NCBI GenBank assembly: GCA_900696525.1
Contig: CAADGL010000004.1
Span: 32,471 to 96,470 of the forward strand
DNA: 64,000 bases
Reading direction: 5' to 3'
Origin: an uncultured Planctomycetota bacterium
Lineage (GTDB): Bacteria > Planctomycetota > Phycisphaerae > UBA1845 > Fen-1342
Of this stretch, positions 19,488-30,177 are shown in pieces. A model generated the notes under the pieces. The model searched no databases and was not told the origin of the DNA. It worked only from the letters and a program-made list of their open reading frames with translations. Numbering within the stretch: the first letter of the stretch is position 1; each line of letters opens with the position of its first letter. Position numbers and translations under genes: made by a program.

Positions 19488-20624
19488 ATGGCGCCGATCG
19501 CCTCCACCATTCCGCCGCACGTTGTCCGCGAGCACGTCCTGCGCCTGTGCGAGCTGATGCGCGAATCGGAGGTGGCCGCGGTGCTGCTGTTTGATCGGGC
19601 CAACATGCTGGCCTTCGCGGGCACGTCGCACGGTCCGTGGGACCGGCTGACTTGCGGGGCCGTGACGCGCGACGGGCAGGTGCTCGTGGTTTGTCCGGAG
19701 TTCGAGCGGCCGGCCGTCGCCGGCGCCGAGGCGATCGCGACGATTCACACCTGGCGCGAGCACGAAGACGCGTACGCCCGCCTGGCCGAGGCGCTGCGCA
19801 GCGCGGGCGTGCGCGGCGGGGTGCTGGGGTACGACGGCCGCGTCTGGCTGGAGAGCTACGAGCGTTTCCGCGACGCATGCGCGTTCCTGACGCCGCGGCC
19901 CGCCGGCGCGCTGCTGCGCGAAGTCCGCGTCTGCAAGTCGCGGGCGGAGCAGGCCCTGCTGCGCGCCGCGCAGGAGCGCGGCGTGCGTGTCTTCGAGGCC
20001 CTGGCGCCGCTGATGCGGCCTGGTGCGCGGGAGTGCGACCTGCACACGGCCGTTGCCGAACGCATGCGGGCCGAGGGACTGAGCGTCGATCCGATGATCC
20101 AGTCCGGGCCGAACGCCGCCGTGCCGCACAATGCGACCGGCACGCGCGGGCTGGAGGCGGGCGACCTGGTCGTCGTCGACAGCACGGTCATCGTCGACGG
20201 CTACTACAGCGACCTGACGCGCACATTCGCCATCGGATCGGCCGGCGCGATCTCGCCGCGGGCCCGCCGGGCCTACCGCGCCGTGCGCGACGCGCAGCGG
20301 GCCGCCATCGCCGCCGCGCGCCCCGGCGTGGCCTGCGAGACGCTCGACGCGATCGCGCGGCGGGTGATCGCGGAGGCCGGATTCGGCGAGCACTTCACGC
20401 ACCGGCTCGGCCACGGGCTGGGCATCGAGTGCCACGAGCCGCCGTACCTGGTCGGCGGCAACCGTGAGCCGCTGCGCGCCGGGATGTACGTGACAATCGA
20501 GCCGGGCGTGTATGTACCGGGCGAGTTCGGAGTGCGCATCGAGGACGACGTGCTGATCACGGAGAACGGCTGCCAGGTGCTTTCGAGCGCGTTGGCGACG
20601 GATCTCAGCCCGGAACTGGACTGA
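19488..20624 (+). CDS. M24-family Xaa-Pro peptidase
   Basis: Metal-ligand motifs VVDSTVIVDGYYSDLTRT, HRLGHGLGIECHE and VTIEPGVY..GVRIEDDVLIT. Confidence 0.88.
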   Translation: MAPIASTIPPHVVREHVLRLCELMRESEVAAVLLFDRANMLAFAGTSHGPWDRLTCGAVTRDGQVLVVCPEFERPAVAGAEAIATIHTWREHEDAYARLAEALRSAGVRGGVLGYDGRVWLESYERFRDACAFLTPRPAGALLREVRVCKSRAEQALLRAAQERGVRVFEALAPLMRPGARECDLHTAVAERMRAEGLSVDPMIQSGPNAAVPHNATGTRGLEAGDLVVVDSTVIVDGYYSDLTRTFAIGSAGAISPRARRAYRAVRDAQRAAIAAARPGVACETLDAIARRVIAEAGFGEHFTHRLGHGLGIECHEPPYLVGGNREPLRAGMYVTIEPGVYVPGEFGVRIEDDVLITENGCQVLSSALATDLSPELD

Positions 20625-20663
20625 ACGAACGCTCCTGAAGAACCTGCGGTGTGAGGAAACGTC

Positions 20664-22268
20664 ATGCGCATCACGCTGGTCCCGCTGCTTGTTTCCGCTA
20701 TTGCTGTTGCGGCCCATGCACAAACGCCGCCGCAGCCGGCCGCCGCCACGCAGCCCGGGCCGGCGGCGTCGCAGCCGTCGCGCGAGCACGGCGCGCTTCG
20801 CGTTCTGTGGACGTGGCCGCTGAAGTCCAACTCCTTCGGCAGCGCCGCGGTTGCGGACGTCGACGGGGACGGCCGGCCTGACGTCGCGTTTGCCACCTAC
20901 TTCGGAGATTCGAGCGTGCACGTACTGAGCGGCGTCGATGGGCGTCCGCTCTGGACCTGGCGCGGCGACAGCGAGTGCCTCGACGCGTCGTTGCGCTTCA
21001 CCGACCTGGACGGCGACGGAAGTCTGGAGCTGGTCGTGCCCGTATCGAACACCGGCCGCGTGCTCGTGCTCGACGCCGCGACCGGAAAGCCGATCTGGGA
21101 GCGGCGGCTGGAGGTGGGCGAGTGCATCGACACGCCGCCGTGCATCGCCGACGCCGACGGCGACGGCCGGCCCGACGTGGTCGTGGGCACGTTCAAGGGC
21201 AAGCTGCACGTGATCCGCGGACGTGACGGCGAGCTGCTGCGGAGCGTGCCGATCGCGCCGGGGGCGGTGCAGTCGTGCCCGATCGTGATGGACCTCGATG
21301 GTGACGGCGTCGTCGATTTCGTGGCGGCGAACTTCCGCGGCGATCACTGCGTGCACGCGATCAGCGGAAAGGACGGCAGCCCCTTGTGGAAAGTGCAAAC
21401 CGGGTCGCACATCTATCACGGCCCGTCTGTGGGCGATCTCGACGGCGACGGCGAGCCCGACATGGCCATCGGCTCGTACGACGGCAAGGTCTACGCCTTC
21501 CGCGCGCGTGATGGAAAGCCGCTCTGGACCGTGGCGCCGGGAGACCGCTACTTCATGTCGCCGACCGCCATGCACGACATCGACGGCGACGGCCGCCCGG
21601 AGGTCATCAGCGCCAGCCAGCGCGTCTCGGTCATTCGCGGCGACGGCAGGGTGCTCTTCAGTGTGCCGGCCGACGACTCCGGCGGGATGGACAGCGTGAC
21701 GCGCGGCGTCAGCGTCGCGGACATGGATGGTGACGGCCGAGCCGACCTGGTGGTGCTGAACAGCCGCGGGCTGCTGCGCGTGCTGCGGGCGCACGACGGG
21801 CGGACGCTCTACGAGTTCGACGCGTCGAAGCTGTCGAGCGGCCCGGTCACGTCGAACAGCCATGGTCCGGTGATCGGCGACTTCGACGGCGACGGGCGGC
21901 TTGACGTGTTCTTTGTCGTCGGCGGAGACTACCAGCGGCAGCACGGCGCGGCGGTGTGTGTGACGGGTTTCGCGGGCGGGGGCCCGGGCTGGTACATGCT
22001 GCGCCACGACGCGCGCAACACCGGCAACACCACAACCGAGCTCGAGCCCGCGCTGCGCAAGCGCTTGGGACGGTCCGCCCCGGCCTCGCAGCCCGCGCGG
22101 CGGGCGGCGCACCCGAGCGTCCCGACGCCGTCCGCCGCGGTCGACTGCTGGGCCCCCTGGAGGAATGGGAGGGCGAGTGGGATCGCCACGCCCGACGCGG
22201 GACAGCGGCGCGCCGCGGATCCTCATCCCGCTTCCGCTACACGGCCCGGGGCTGACAGCCCCCCGTAA
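20664..22268 (+). CDS. Secreted FG-GAP/VCBS-repeat beta-propeller protein
   Basis: Signal peptide [19 protein letters not shown]. At least 7 repeats of D(L/V)DGDG(R/E)P(D/E)(V/L)V. RBS GAGGAA. Confidence 0.8.
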   Translation: MRITLVPLLVSAIAVAAHAQTPPQPAAATQPGPAASQPSREHGALRVLWTWPLKSNSFGSAAVADVDGDGRPDVAFATYFGDSSVHVLSGVDGRPLWTWRGDSECLDASLRFTDLDGDGSLELVVPVSNTGRVLVLDAATGKPIWERRLEVGECIDTPPCIADADGDGRPDVVVGTFKGKLHVIRGRDGELLRSVPIAPGAVQSCPIVMDLDGDGVVDFVAANFRGDHCVHAISGKDGSPLWKVQTGSHIYHGPSVGDLDGDGEPDMAIGSYDGKVYAFRARDGKPLWTVAPGDRYFMSPTAMHDIDGDGRPEVISASQRVSVIRGDGRVLFSVPADDSGGMDSVTRGVSVADMDGDGRADLVVLNSRGLLRVLRAHDGRTLYEFDASKLSSGPVTSNSHGPVIGDFDGDGRLDVFFVVGGDYQRQHGAAVCVTGFAGGGPGWYMLRHDARNTGNTTTELEPALRKRLGRSAPASQPARRAAHPSVPTPSAAVDCWAPWRNGRASGIATPDAGQRRAADPHPASATRPGADSPP

Positions 22269-22378
22269 CCGATGCGCCACGGCCCGTGTGCCGGCACGCT
22301 TTCTCGTCCGCGCCGCGCCAGCGGCTTTCGACGCGGTCTGGCTTCTAATGCGCGCTGCGCGCCAGTATCGTGAGCCGC

Positions 22379-23299
22379 ATGTCCAAGCGCGTCCGCATCA
22401 CTGACGTGTCGCCGCGCGACGGCCTTCAGAACGAGCCGGGCGTGATTGCGACCGCGGACAAGGTTCGGCTGGTCGAGCTGTTGGGGGGTGCGGGCGTCGA
22501 CGAAGTGGAGGTGTCGAGCTTCGTTTCGCCCAAATGGGTGCCGCAGCTTGCCGACGCCACCGACGTCTTCGCCGCGCTGCGCGGTCGCAAGCCGCCGGGA
22601 GTCGTTTACTCGGCGCTCGTGCCGAACGAGCATGGGATGCGCGCCGCGCTGAGCGTGAACCAGGCGGCGGGCGAGCGCCTGATCGACAAGGTGGCGGTCT
22701 TTACGGCGGCGTCGGAGACCTTCTCGCGACGCAACACGAACGCCACGATCGCCGAGACGCTCGAGCGGTTCGTGCCGGTGGTGCGGCTGGCGCGGGAGAG
22801 CGCGCTGCCGGTACGCGGCTATGTCTCGTGTGCCGTGCAATGCCCGTACGAAGGACCGGTCGCGCCAGAGCGCGTCGCGGATGTTGCCGCGCGGCTGCTC
22901 GACCTCGGTGTTGACGAGATCGACCTTGGCGAGACGATCGGCGCAGGGACTCCCGAGAGCGTTTCAGCGATGCTTGAGGCCGTGATGTCGCGACTGGGCG
23001 CCGGCAGCGGCGGCGCGGCCTCCGCGCCGCTGCTCACGTTGCACCTGCACGACACGTTCGGCCGGGCGGCGGATTGCGTGCGCGCGGCGTTGCGGCTGGG
23101 GGTGCGCTCGTTCGACGGAGCGGCGGGGGGGCTGGGCGGGTGCCCTTTCGCTTCGACGCCGGCGCGCCGCGTCCCGGGCAACATCGCGACCGAGACACTG
23201 GCGCGCGTAGTGATTGAAGAAGGCTACGCGGTGGGGCTGAACCCGGAGGCACTGGCGCTGGCGGCCGCGCATGCGCGCGGGTTACGCGCGGGTGCGTGA
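22379..23299 (+). CDS. Hydroxymethylglutaryl-CoA lyase
   Basis: VRITDVSPRDGLQNE, the HxH-type motif LHLHDTFG and GGLGGCPFA. ATG at 22379 preferred over GTG at 22370. Confidence 0.88.
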   Translation: MSKRVRITDVSPRDGLQNEPGVIATADKVRLVELLGGAGVDEVEVSSFVSPKWVPQLADATDVFAALRGRKPPGVVYSALVPNEHGMRAALSVNQAAGERLIDKVAVFTAASETFSRRNTNATIAETLERFVPVVRLARESALPVRGYVSCAVQCPYEGPVAPERVADVAARLLDLGVDEIDLGETIGAGTPESVSAMLEAVMSRLGAGSGGAASAPLLTLHLHDTFGRAADCVRAALRLGVRSFDGAAGGLGGCPFASTPARRVPGNIATETLARVVIEEGYAVGLNPEALALAAAHARGLRAGA

Positions 23300-23315
23300 A
23301 GCGCGGCGGCGGCCG

Positions 23316-23783
23316 TCAACGGCGAACGCCGCCGTGCAGACGCACGTCGAGCTGGCTGGCGTTCTCGACGCGTCCCCAGTCCAGGTCTTCGGCCGGCGCG
23401 CACGTGACCCAGAATCGCAGCAATTCGTCTTCGGCCGGCTCGGTGGTGTCGTCGCGATAGAGGATGACCGGGCCGCACTGCTGGGCCGCGGCGCCCTGCG
23501 CGTCAACCAGCCACATGCCCGAGATGCGGCGCGGATAGCCGGCCAACTGATCGTGCTCCACGGTCGATGAGAGCGTGAGCACGCGCACGGGCCGGTTCCC
23601 GTTCTCCGGGTCGAGGAGCACGCGGCTATGGGATGCCGTGCAATGCCCGGCGGCGACTCCTGCCACTCGTTCGTGAACGGTCCGCGAGACGCTCAGCGCC
23701 GGCTTGGGCCCTGCCGAAGATTGTACACGAGTCAGTGCAACCGAACGATAGCGGTCGGGAACTGCCCGGGGAGAATCGCCCAT
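23316..23783 (-). CDS. Hypothetical protein (boundaries uncertain)
   Basis: The C-terminal two-thirds look protein-like (VLLDPENGNRPVRVLTL ... LLRFWVTCAPAEDLDWG). The N-terminal third overlaps the frameshifted gene upstream. An alternative GTG start lies at 23621. Confidence 0.3.
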   Translation of the reverse strand: MGDSPRAVPDRYRSVALTRVQSSAGPKPALSVSRTVHERVAGVAAGHCTASHSRVLLDPENGNRPVRVLTLSSTVEHDQLAGYPRRISGMWLVDAQGAAAQQCGPVILYRDDTTEPAEDELLRFWVTCAPAEDLDWGRVENASQLDVRLHGGVRR

Positions 23784-23981
23784 CGGCTTCCGTTGTCGCG
23801 GTGCAGTTCGGCGCGTTCACTGTCACGACGATGTCGCCGTTGGCCGCCTGGCAGATGTAGATGTGCACCGTCCCCGAGACGCGCGGTTCCCTTTCGGACA
23901 GTACATGCAGGCAGAAACCGGGTCGGCGACCGCAAGCAATAATGCAGCACACGGGACCAGGCAACCAAGCGAGCGTTTCAC
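23732..23981 (-). pseudogene. Small lipoprotein gene interrupted by two frameshifts (or assembly errors at G/C homopolymers)
   Basis: AGGAG, 7 nt, then GTG at 23981, followed by the lipoprotein signal VKRSLGCLVPCAALLLAVADPVSAC. The protein-like sequence continues in a second frame (TVHIYICQAANGDIVVTVNAPNCTATTEADGRF) and then a third (LPGQFPTAIVRLH stop). Confidence 0.4.
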
Positions 23982-24181
23982 GGTGCAACTCCTGTGTATG
24001 CTGGTATGCTGGTGTGCTGGTGTGCTCACCATCGCAAACTCGCACTGCCTTCAGGATAGCACAGATTTCCCTGGTGTCACGCGCGTTTCTTGCGCTCGTC
24101 GCGCGACACCCCCTGGCCTGCCCACGGACTGCGAGCCCGGGTGTAGCAAGGCTGAACGCCGGCCGCGCGCGCAATCGCCGG

Positions 24182-25450
24182 TCAGGTTCCCTCGGTGCTG
24201 CTGGCGAGGTAGCGGACCTGCTCGGGGGTCAGCTTGTCGATGCGGATGCCCATGGCGCGGAGCTTGAGGTCGGCGACGGTGTCCTCGATCTGCTTGGGGA
24301 CGTCGTGCACGGCGACGTCGAGCCGCTTGCTGTGCTTGACGGCCCACTCGGCGCACAGCGCCTGGGTCGCGAAGCTCATGTCCATGACGCTGGCGGGGTG
24401 GCCGGTCGCGGCGCTGAGGTTCACGAGCCGCCCGTCCGCGAGCAGGTAGATGCGCTTGCCCTTCGGCAGCAGGTACTCGTCGACGTTGGTGCGCACGTTG
24501 CGCGTGACTTTGGTCGCCATCTTGCGCAGCGCGGGAATGTCGATCTCGACGTCGAAGTGCCCGCTGTTGCAGATGCGGGCGCCGTCCTTCATCTTGCGGA
24601 AGTGCTCCTCGCGCAGCACGTGCTTGTTGCCCGTCACGGTGATGAACACGTCGCCGACCGCCGCCGCCTCGCCCATCGGCGTCACCTCGAAGCCGTCCAT
24701 CGCCGCCTCGAGCGCCCGCAGCGGGTTGACCTCGGTCACGGTCACGATCGCGCCGGCCCCGCGGGCCCGCATCGCCACGCCGCGCCCGCACCAGCCGTAG
24801 CCCGCGACCACGACCCGCGCCCCGGCCAGAAGCGTGTCGGTGGCGCGCACCACGCCATCGATCGTGCTCTGCCCGGTGCCGTAGCGGTTGTCGAACAGGT
24901 GCTTGGTGTCGGCGTCGTTGACGGCGATGACCGGGAACTTCAGGATGCCCTGCTCGGCCATGGCGCGCAGGCGAATGACGCCGGTGGTCGTCTCCTCCAT
25001 GCTGGCGATCAGCCCGTTGGCGTCCTTGTTGCGCTTCGTGTGCAGCAGGTTCACCAGGTCCGCCCCGTCGTCCATCGTGAAGTGCGGCTTGCGGTCGATC
25101 ACCGCGTTGAGATGCGCGTAGAACGTATCGACGCTCTCGCCCCGACGCGCGAAGACCGGGATGCCGAAGTCCTTCACGAGGCTGGCCGCCGTGTCGTCCT
25201 GGGTGCTGAGCGGGTTCGAGGCGCACAGCCCGACCGTCGCGCCGCCGGCGACCAGCGTGCGCATCAGGTTGGCCGTTTCGCTGGTGACGTGCATGCAGCA
25301 GCCCATGCGCAGGCCCTTGAGGGGCTTGTGCTTTTCAAAGCGCTGACGAATCAGCGCCAGCACAGGCATGTCCCGATCGGCCCACAGGATGCGCTTCTTG
25401 CCCTGCCCGGCCAGCGAAAGGTCCGAAACATCGCAGGCGGTCTTCGCCAT
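24182..25450 (-). CDS. ahcY: Adenosylhomocysteinase
   Basis: Full-length AhcY similarity from [24 protein letters not shown] (ETTTGV, NAD site [10 protein letters not shown]). ATG at 25450. Confidence 0.95.
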   Translation of the reverse strand: MAKTACDVSDLSLAGQGKKRILWADRDMPVLALIRQRFEKHKPLKGLRMGCCMHVTSETANLMRTLVAGGATVGLCASNPLSTQDDTAASLVKDFGIPVFARRGESVDTFYAHLNAVIDRKPHFTMDDGADLVNLLHTKRNKDANGLIASMEETTTGVIRLRAMAEQGILKFPVIAVNDADTKHLFDNRYGTGQSTIDGVVRATDTLLAGARVVVAGYGWCGRGVAMRARGAGAIVTVTEVNPLRALEAAMDGFEVTPMGEAAAVGDVFITVTGNKHVLREEHFRKMKDGARICNSGHFDVEIDIPALRKMATKVTRNVRTNVDEYLLPKGKRIYLLADGRLVNLSAATGHPASVMDMSFATQALCAEWAVKHSKRLDVAVHDVPKQIEDTVADLKLRAMGIRIDKLTPEQVRYLASSTEGT

Positions 25451-25680
25451 GGCTTGCCTACTCCCGTTCTGGTTGGAACTCAAACGCCCGCGGCCCGGCG
25501 GCACGAGCCCAGCCGCCGCCACGCCGCCTGTGTCACGTATGGCGGGCTCGGCCGCGTCGGCGGCACGAGCCGAATCGGTGAGAGTACCTGCGAATCGCTC
25601 TGCCTGCAAGGACGCGCGCGCGACGCCGCCGGGTTACGCTACGCGCTGGTATCGCGCCACTCGCGACACAGGGAGGCCCC

Positions 25681-26802
25681 ATGCCCGACTCGTTGCCCGG
25701 CTCGTGCGCCTGCGCCGTCATGACCGCCTTCAACCAGCCGCTCGCCGTCCAGTCGTTCGCGATGCCGCGCGACCTGGCCCCCGGCGAGCTGATCGTGCGC
25801 GTCGAGCTCGCCGGCATCTGCGGCACGGACGTCCACCTGCACAAGGGCCAGCTCGCCATCCCGCTGCCCCTCATCCTCGGCCACGAAACCACCGCCTTCG
25901 TCGCTGCCATGGGCGCGAGCGACACGAAGGACTGGCTCGGCCGGCCGCTGAGCGTCGGCGACCGCGTCTCGTTCACCGTCGGCCGCACCTGCAAAGAGTG
26001 CCGTTACTGCCGCGTCTATCGCCTCCCCAGCCGCTGTCTCAAGCGTCAGGCGTATGGCGTCAACACGCCGTGCGCGCAGCCGCCGCACCTGCTCGGCGGC
26101 TACGGCCAGTACCACTTTCTGCACGCGGACACGGCGGTGTTCAAGCTGCCGGATGACCTGCCGAGCGAGGCGCTGGTGGGCGCCGGGTGCGCACTCGTGA
26201 CAGCGGTTCACGGATTCGAGCGGATGCGGATGTCGTGGGGCGAGTCGGTGCTGATCCAGGGCTCCGGGCCGGTGGGGCTGGCGGCGCTGGCCGTGGCCAA
26301 GGAGTCGGGCGGGCGGCCGATCATCGTCATCGGCGGACCGCGCGAGCGCCTGGAGCGTTGCCGGCGTTTCGGCGCCGACCTGACGATCGACATCGACGAA
26401 GTGCCCGACCCGCAGCAGCGGCTGCGGATGGTGCGCGAGGCGACCGATGGGCTCGGGGCCGACGTGGTTGTGGAGTGCGTCGGAATGCCAGTCGCCGTCG
26501 CCGAAGGCTGGGACCTGTGCCGCGACGGGGGCAAGTACCTAGTGCTCGGGCATTATGGCGACGCCGGGCCGATCGCGCTGAATCCGCACGTGATCACGCG
26601 CAAGGAGCTGACGGTCTACGGGTCGTGGGGCAGCGAGCCGCAGCATTGGGTGGCGGCCATCGAGCTGCTGCGCACGCGGCGCGAGCGCTACCCGTTCCAC
26701 GAGTTGATCACGCACCGCTACCCGCTGGCCGGGGTGAACGAGGCGCTGGCCGCCGTCGCGTCGTGGCAGACGGGCAAGGCGGTGATTGTGCCGAATGGAT
26801 GA
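25681..26802 (+). CDS. Zinc-dependent alcohol dehydrogenase family (MDR) oxidoreductase
   Basis: GICGTDVHLHKG, GHE, a structural-Zn Cys cluster (CKECRYCRVYRLPSRC) and the Rossmann motif IQGSGPVGL. RBS GGGAGG. Confidence 0.85.
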   Translation: MPDSLPGSCACAVMTAFNQPLAVQSFAMPRDLAPGELIVRVELAGICGTDVHLHKGQLAIPLPLILGHETTAFVAAMGASDTKDWLGRPLSVGDRVSFTVGRTCKECRYCRVYRLPSRCLKRQAYGVNTPCAQPPHLLGGYGQYHFLHADTAVFKLPDDLPSEALVGAGCALVTAVHGFERMRMSWGESVLIQGSGPVGLAALAVAKESGGRPIIVIGGPRERLERCRRFGADLTIDIDEVPDPQQRLRMVREATDGLGADVVVECVGMPVAVAEGWDLCRDGGKYLVLGHYGDAGPIALNPHVITRKELTVYGSWGSEPQHWVAAIELLRTRRERYPFHELITHRYPLAGVNEALAAVASWQTGKAVIVPNG

Positions 26803-26909
26803 TGCGAACAGGGTTGCCGAACGTGGTCTTGCGTGTCGAATCCGAGGTGTCGGGACACTCGGGCGTAGCGATGATTACGGCGGCGGCCGAGCGAGGGCAG
26901 GTTGCTCCA

Positions 26910-27305
26910 ATGTCGCGATCCCTTGGTTTCCTTGTGGCTGCACTGCTCGCCGTCCCATCCTTGAGCAGTGGCGATGAACTCCGATGTCCGGTGCGTTCCG
27001 ACGGCTATCCGCGAGTCGATGTCGTCCAGCTGGATGCGGATTTGTGCCTCGTGACGATCAGTGGCGAACCCGATGCGAAGGGCTTCGTCGAGTGGGTGTC
27101 CGTAACGGTGCCGGCGAATGCCACCTGCCCGGTCACGGCTCTGGTGGATGGGGAAGTCGTGAGCGTCCAGCCGAGGCCAGGAAAGACCTGGAGGACAGTA
27201 TCGTCCTGCGCGGACCTATGGCACCCATGGTTTGTGGCGCAAGCGGAACAACTCCTGGAAGCGATTCGGAACTGGTTCTCGGAGCAACAGAACTTCGGTT
27301 TCTAG
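26910..27305 (+). CDS. Small hypothetical secreted protein
   Basis: ATG at 26910 gives the signal peptide MSRSLGFLVAALLAVPSLSSG. No homology recognised. Confidence 0.4.
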   Translation: MSRSLGFLVAALLAVPSLSSGDELRCPVRSDGYPRVDVVQLDADLCLVTISGEPDAKGFVEWVSVTVPANATCPVTALVDGEVVSVQPRPGKTWRTVSSCADLWHPWFVAQAEQLLEAIRNWFSEQQNFGF

Positions 27306-27372
27306 CCGCTGTGAGCTAGAGACATGACAGGCGTCGGTCGTCCGCGACTCGCGACGGCGATGAGCGCCGGGC

Positions 27373-29220
27373 TCAGGTCGTCTGCCGGCGCACCGTCATG
27401 TCGAAGCTGCGCACCATGCCGCGGTACTGGACGAACGTGAACAGCAGACAGAGGCCGGCGGCGGCGATGCTGCCGATGAGCGTCACGATCCGCACCGCCG
27501 CCAGGTCGGCGCCGGAGACCGTGGCGCCGGCGTCGAAGAGCGAGCGCGGGTCGACCAGGGCCGAACAGGCCCAGTAGGGCGAGAAGGGGTGGGCAAAGGC
27601 GGCGACCGGCGGCCCGATGCGGCCGATCGAATAGGCGCAGCCGGTGAGGATGCTGGCGGCCATGATGATGGCGCCGGTGGCGACCATCACCGCCTGCACG
27701 GTCTTGCGGCTGTGCAGCGACATCTGCAAGCCGACGATCGCGGTGATCGAGGCGTACCCGACCATCAGCAGCGGTACGCACACGGCAGCCTCGAGCCATC
27801 CGGCGGCCTCGCCCATCTCGGCCCGGAACAGCGCCGCCAGCATGAAGATCAGCAGCGTCGAGACCGGGACGGCGATCAGCGGCAGCACCAGGCTCACCAG
27901 GCCGCGCAGCATGCCGGCGATGATGTAGCGGCTGGTCAGGGGCGTAGAGAGCAGCAGCTCGATCGTCAGCGACTCTTTCTCGCGCGTCAGCGTCGTGGCC
28001 GCCGTGTTCGTGCAGACGAGCAGGATCGCCGCCAGCTCGATGCGGATCAGCCAGGTGACCAGTTCAGGTCCGTTGCTGCGTGCGAGGCCCCACCAGCCGC
28101 TTTCGGTCGCCACGAGCATCACGAACCCGGCCAGCGCGGCGATCACCATCATGACCCAGCGCAGCACGGAGCGGCCGCCGGCGGACGCGCGGGTCGATGC
28201 CTCGCGCCAGGCGATGGGGTTGTTCCAGACGCTGCGGGGCGGCTTGCGGCGGTCCTCGACGCCGACGGCGCGTTTGAACGGGGCGGAGAGCCGGAGCCAC
28301 CATGTGGACTCGCCTTCCTTCTCGGACTTGCGCACGAAGGCCAGGCTGTAGAGGACGAGCGCGAGCGAGACCAGCGTGGTGAGCGTGATGTAGCCGTAGT
28401 GCGGGTACGCCAGCAGCCAGCGCGCGGGCCAGCCGTAGTGATGCACGTCGGAAAGCGCGGGCGCTGGCGTCTGGCCGGTGACGACCAGCAGCGACATGAA
28501 CGGGTGCACCGGCGCCAGCCAGCTCATGCGCGCCGTCGTGTTGCCGCCGAAGACCGTGCCGAGCGGCGCTTCCGGGAGCTGGCCGAAGGCCGAGAACCCG
28601 ATGGCCCACAGGCCGATCATGTACACGGCGACGCCGACGAAGAACGAGAAGATCGTGCGGCGGGTGCCGATGCGCATGACGCTGATGGCGATCGCCAGGG
28701 CGCCCATCACCAGCCCGGTGCTGGCCGCCAGCCCGAGGCTCAGAAACACCTCGGCGGCGGTGACGCCGCCGTAGATCATGGTGATGCAGAAGATGGGCAA
28801 GCCGCTGAGGAGCAGCACCCAGACGAAGTAGAGGCGGCTGACGAGCGAGCCGAGCACGATCTGGGCGGTGCTGAGCGGGGTCGTCAGCAGGATGTGGAAG
28901 GTGTTGGCGTCCTTCTCCTGCGTGATGGCACCGGCGGTGAATACGGGCGCGATGAAGCTGGTCAGGATGAGCTGGGCGAAGCTGACGAACATGAAGGCGT
29001 TGCTCGACTTCTTGGCCAGCTCCACGAGCGACCCGGAGCCGCCCAGCGAACTGCTCGCCACGATCAGCACGAAGAACAGCGCCGAAAGGTAGATCAGCCG
29101 CGCCCACAGGTGCCGCACGCGCTTGCCGCCCGTGGTCACCACGCGCACCAGGATCGGGTTGGCCGGCAGCAACCGCCACAGCGCCAGCCCGAGCTCGTGC
29201 AGCACCGTCATGGCCCGCAT
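27373..29220 (-). CDS. ABC-2-type transporter permease (internally duplicated, about 12 TM)
   Basis: Many hydrophobic segments. The ABC-2 signature occurs twice (LLTTPLSTAQIVLGSLVSR and LLLSTPLTSRYIIAGMLRG). The start is uncertain (ATG 29220 or 29211; the track ORF uses TTG 29247). Confidence 0.7.
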   Translation of the reverse strand: MRAMTVLHELGLALWRLLPANPILVRVVTTGGKRVRHLWARLIYLSALFFVLIVASSSLGGSGSLVELAKKSSNAFMFVSFAQLILTSFIAPVFTAGAITQEKDANTFHILLTTPLSTAQIVLGSLVSRLYFVWVLLLSGLPIFCITMIYGGVTAAEVFLSLGLAASTGLVMGALAIAISVMRIGTRRTIFSFFVGVAVYMIGLWAIGFSAFGQLPEAPLGTVFGGNTTARMSWLAPVHPFMSLLVVTGQTPAPALSDVHHYGWPARWLLAYPHYGYITLTTLVSLALVLYSLAFVRKSEKEGESTWWLRLSAPFKRAVGVEDRRKPPRSVWNNPIAWREASTRASAGGRSVLRWVMMVIAALAGFVMLVATESGWWGLARSNGPELVTWLIRIELAAILLVCTNTAATTLTREKESLTIELLLSTPLTSRYIIAGMLRGLVSLVLPLIAVPVSTLLIFMLAALFRAEMGEAAGWLEAAVCVPLLMVGYASITAIVGLQMSLHSRKTVQAVMVATGAIIMAASILTGCAYSIGRIGPPVAAFAHPFSPYWACSALVDPRSLFDAGATVSGADLAAVRIVTLIGSIAAAGLCLLFTFVQYRGMVRSFDMTVRRQTT

Positions 29221-29284
29221 TCTCGGCCGCGGCCGCCGCCGTGGCAACCGGCGCGGCGCGGGCCCGTTCGCCGGCGGCCGAAGG

Positions 29285-30121
29285 TCAGCCGAAGCGGCCG
29301 GTGATGTAGTCCTGGGTGCGGCGGTCCTTGGGGTTGGTGAAGAGGCGGCTGGTCTCGTCGACCTCGACGAGGTGGCCGAGGTGCATAAAGGCGGTGCGGT
29401 CGGAGACGCGCGAGGCCTGCTGCATGTTGTGGGTGACGATGACGACGGTGAACTGCTTTTTGAGGTCGTCGATGAGGTCCTCGATGCGCGCCGTGGCGAG
29501 CGGGTCGAGCGCCGAACAGGGCTCGTCCATCAGGATCACCTCGGGCCGCAGCGCGATGGCCCGCGCGATGCACAGCCGCTGCTGCTGCCCGCCGGAGAGC
29601 GCCAGCGCGCTCTGGTGCAGCTTGTCCTTGACCTCGTCCCAGAGGGCCGCGGCCCGCAGGGAGCTCTTGACCAGCTCGCGCAGGTCGCCGCGGTAGCCGT
29701 TGATCGCCGCCCCCCAGGCCACGTTGCGGAAGATCGACTTCGGGAAGGGGTTGGGCTTCTGAAAGACCATGCCGATGCGGCGGCGGAGGGCGACCGGGTC
29801 GCAGTCGCGGTCGTAGATGTTGCGGTTGTCGAAGCGGATCGCCCCGGTCACGACGACGCCGGGGATCAGGTCGTTCATGCGGTTCATGGCGCGCAGCAGC
29901 GTGCTCTTGCCGCAGCCGGACGGCCCGATGATGGCCAGCGCCTTGTGGCGCGGCACGTCCAGCGACACCTGGTGCACGGCGGTGAAGTCGCCGTAGCGGA
30001 CCGTCAGATTGCGGACTTCGAGGATCGCGGCATCTCGATCGTCGCCCTCGGCGTTGTCGGCCGGCAGCGTCTCTTCGTCGAGCGGCGATGTTTCGGTCGT
30101 AGCCATGCCCAACTGCTCCAT
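29285..30121 (-). CDS. pstB: Phosphate-import ABC ATPase PstB
   Basis: PstB-specific motifs [50 protein letters not shown] and the C-terminal [10 protein letters not shown]. Confidence 0.92.
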   Translation of the reverse strand: MEQLGMATTETSPLDEETLPADNAEGDDRDAAILEVRNLTVRYGDFTAVHQVSLDVPRHKALAIIGPSGCGKSTLLRAMNRMNDLIPGVVVTGAIRFDNRNIYDRDCDPVALRRRIGMVFQKPNPFPKSIFRNVAWGAAINGYRGDLRELVKSSLRAAALWDEVKDKLHQSALALSGGQQQRLCIARAIALRPEVILMDEPCSALDPLATARIEDLIDDLKKQFTVVIVTHNMQQASRVSDRTAFMHLGHLVEVDETSRLFTNPKDRRTQDYITGRFG

Positions 30122-30177
30122 CGTGTGCTCAGCCGTGCGTGCGGCACCGCCGCGCCGGCAGTGTACTCCCTGGCATC

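Noticed and set aside
19425-22280. 951-aa minus-strand ORF
   Set aside because: It is antisense to the M24 peptidase and FG-GAP genes, is Arg/Ala-rich, and has no recognisable motifs.
25451-25640. Possible SAH riboswitch in the ahcY 5' leader
   Set aside because: The leader is GC-rich and contains a duplicated GGCTCGTGCCGCC motif. I could not find the conserved SAH-riboswitch cores (GAGGAGCGCUGC, CAGGCUC, ACGGCGCUCA). A cmsearch with RF01057 would settle it.
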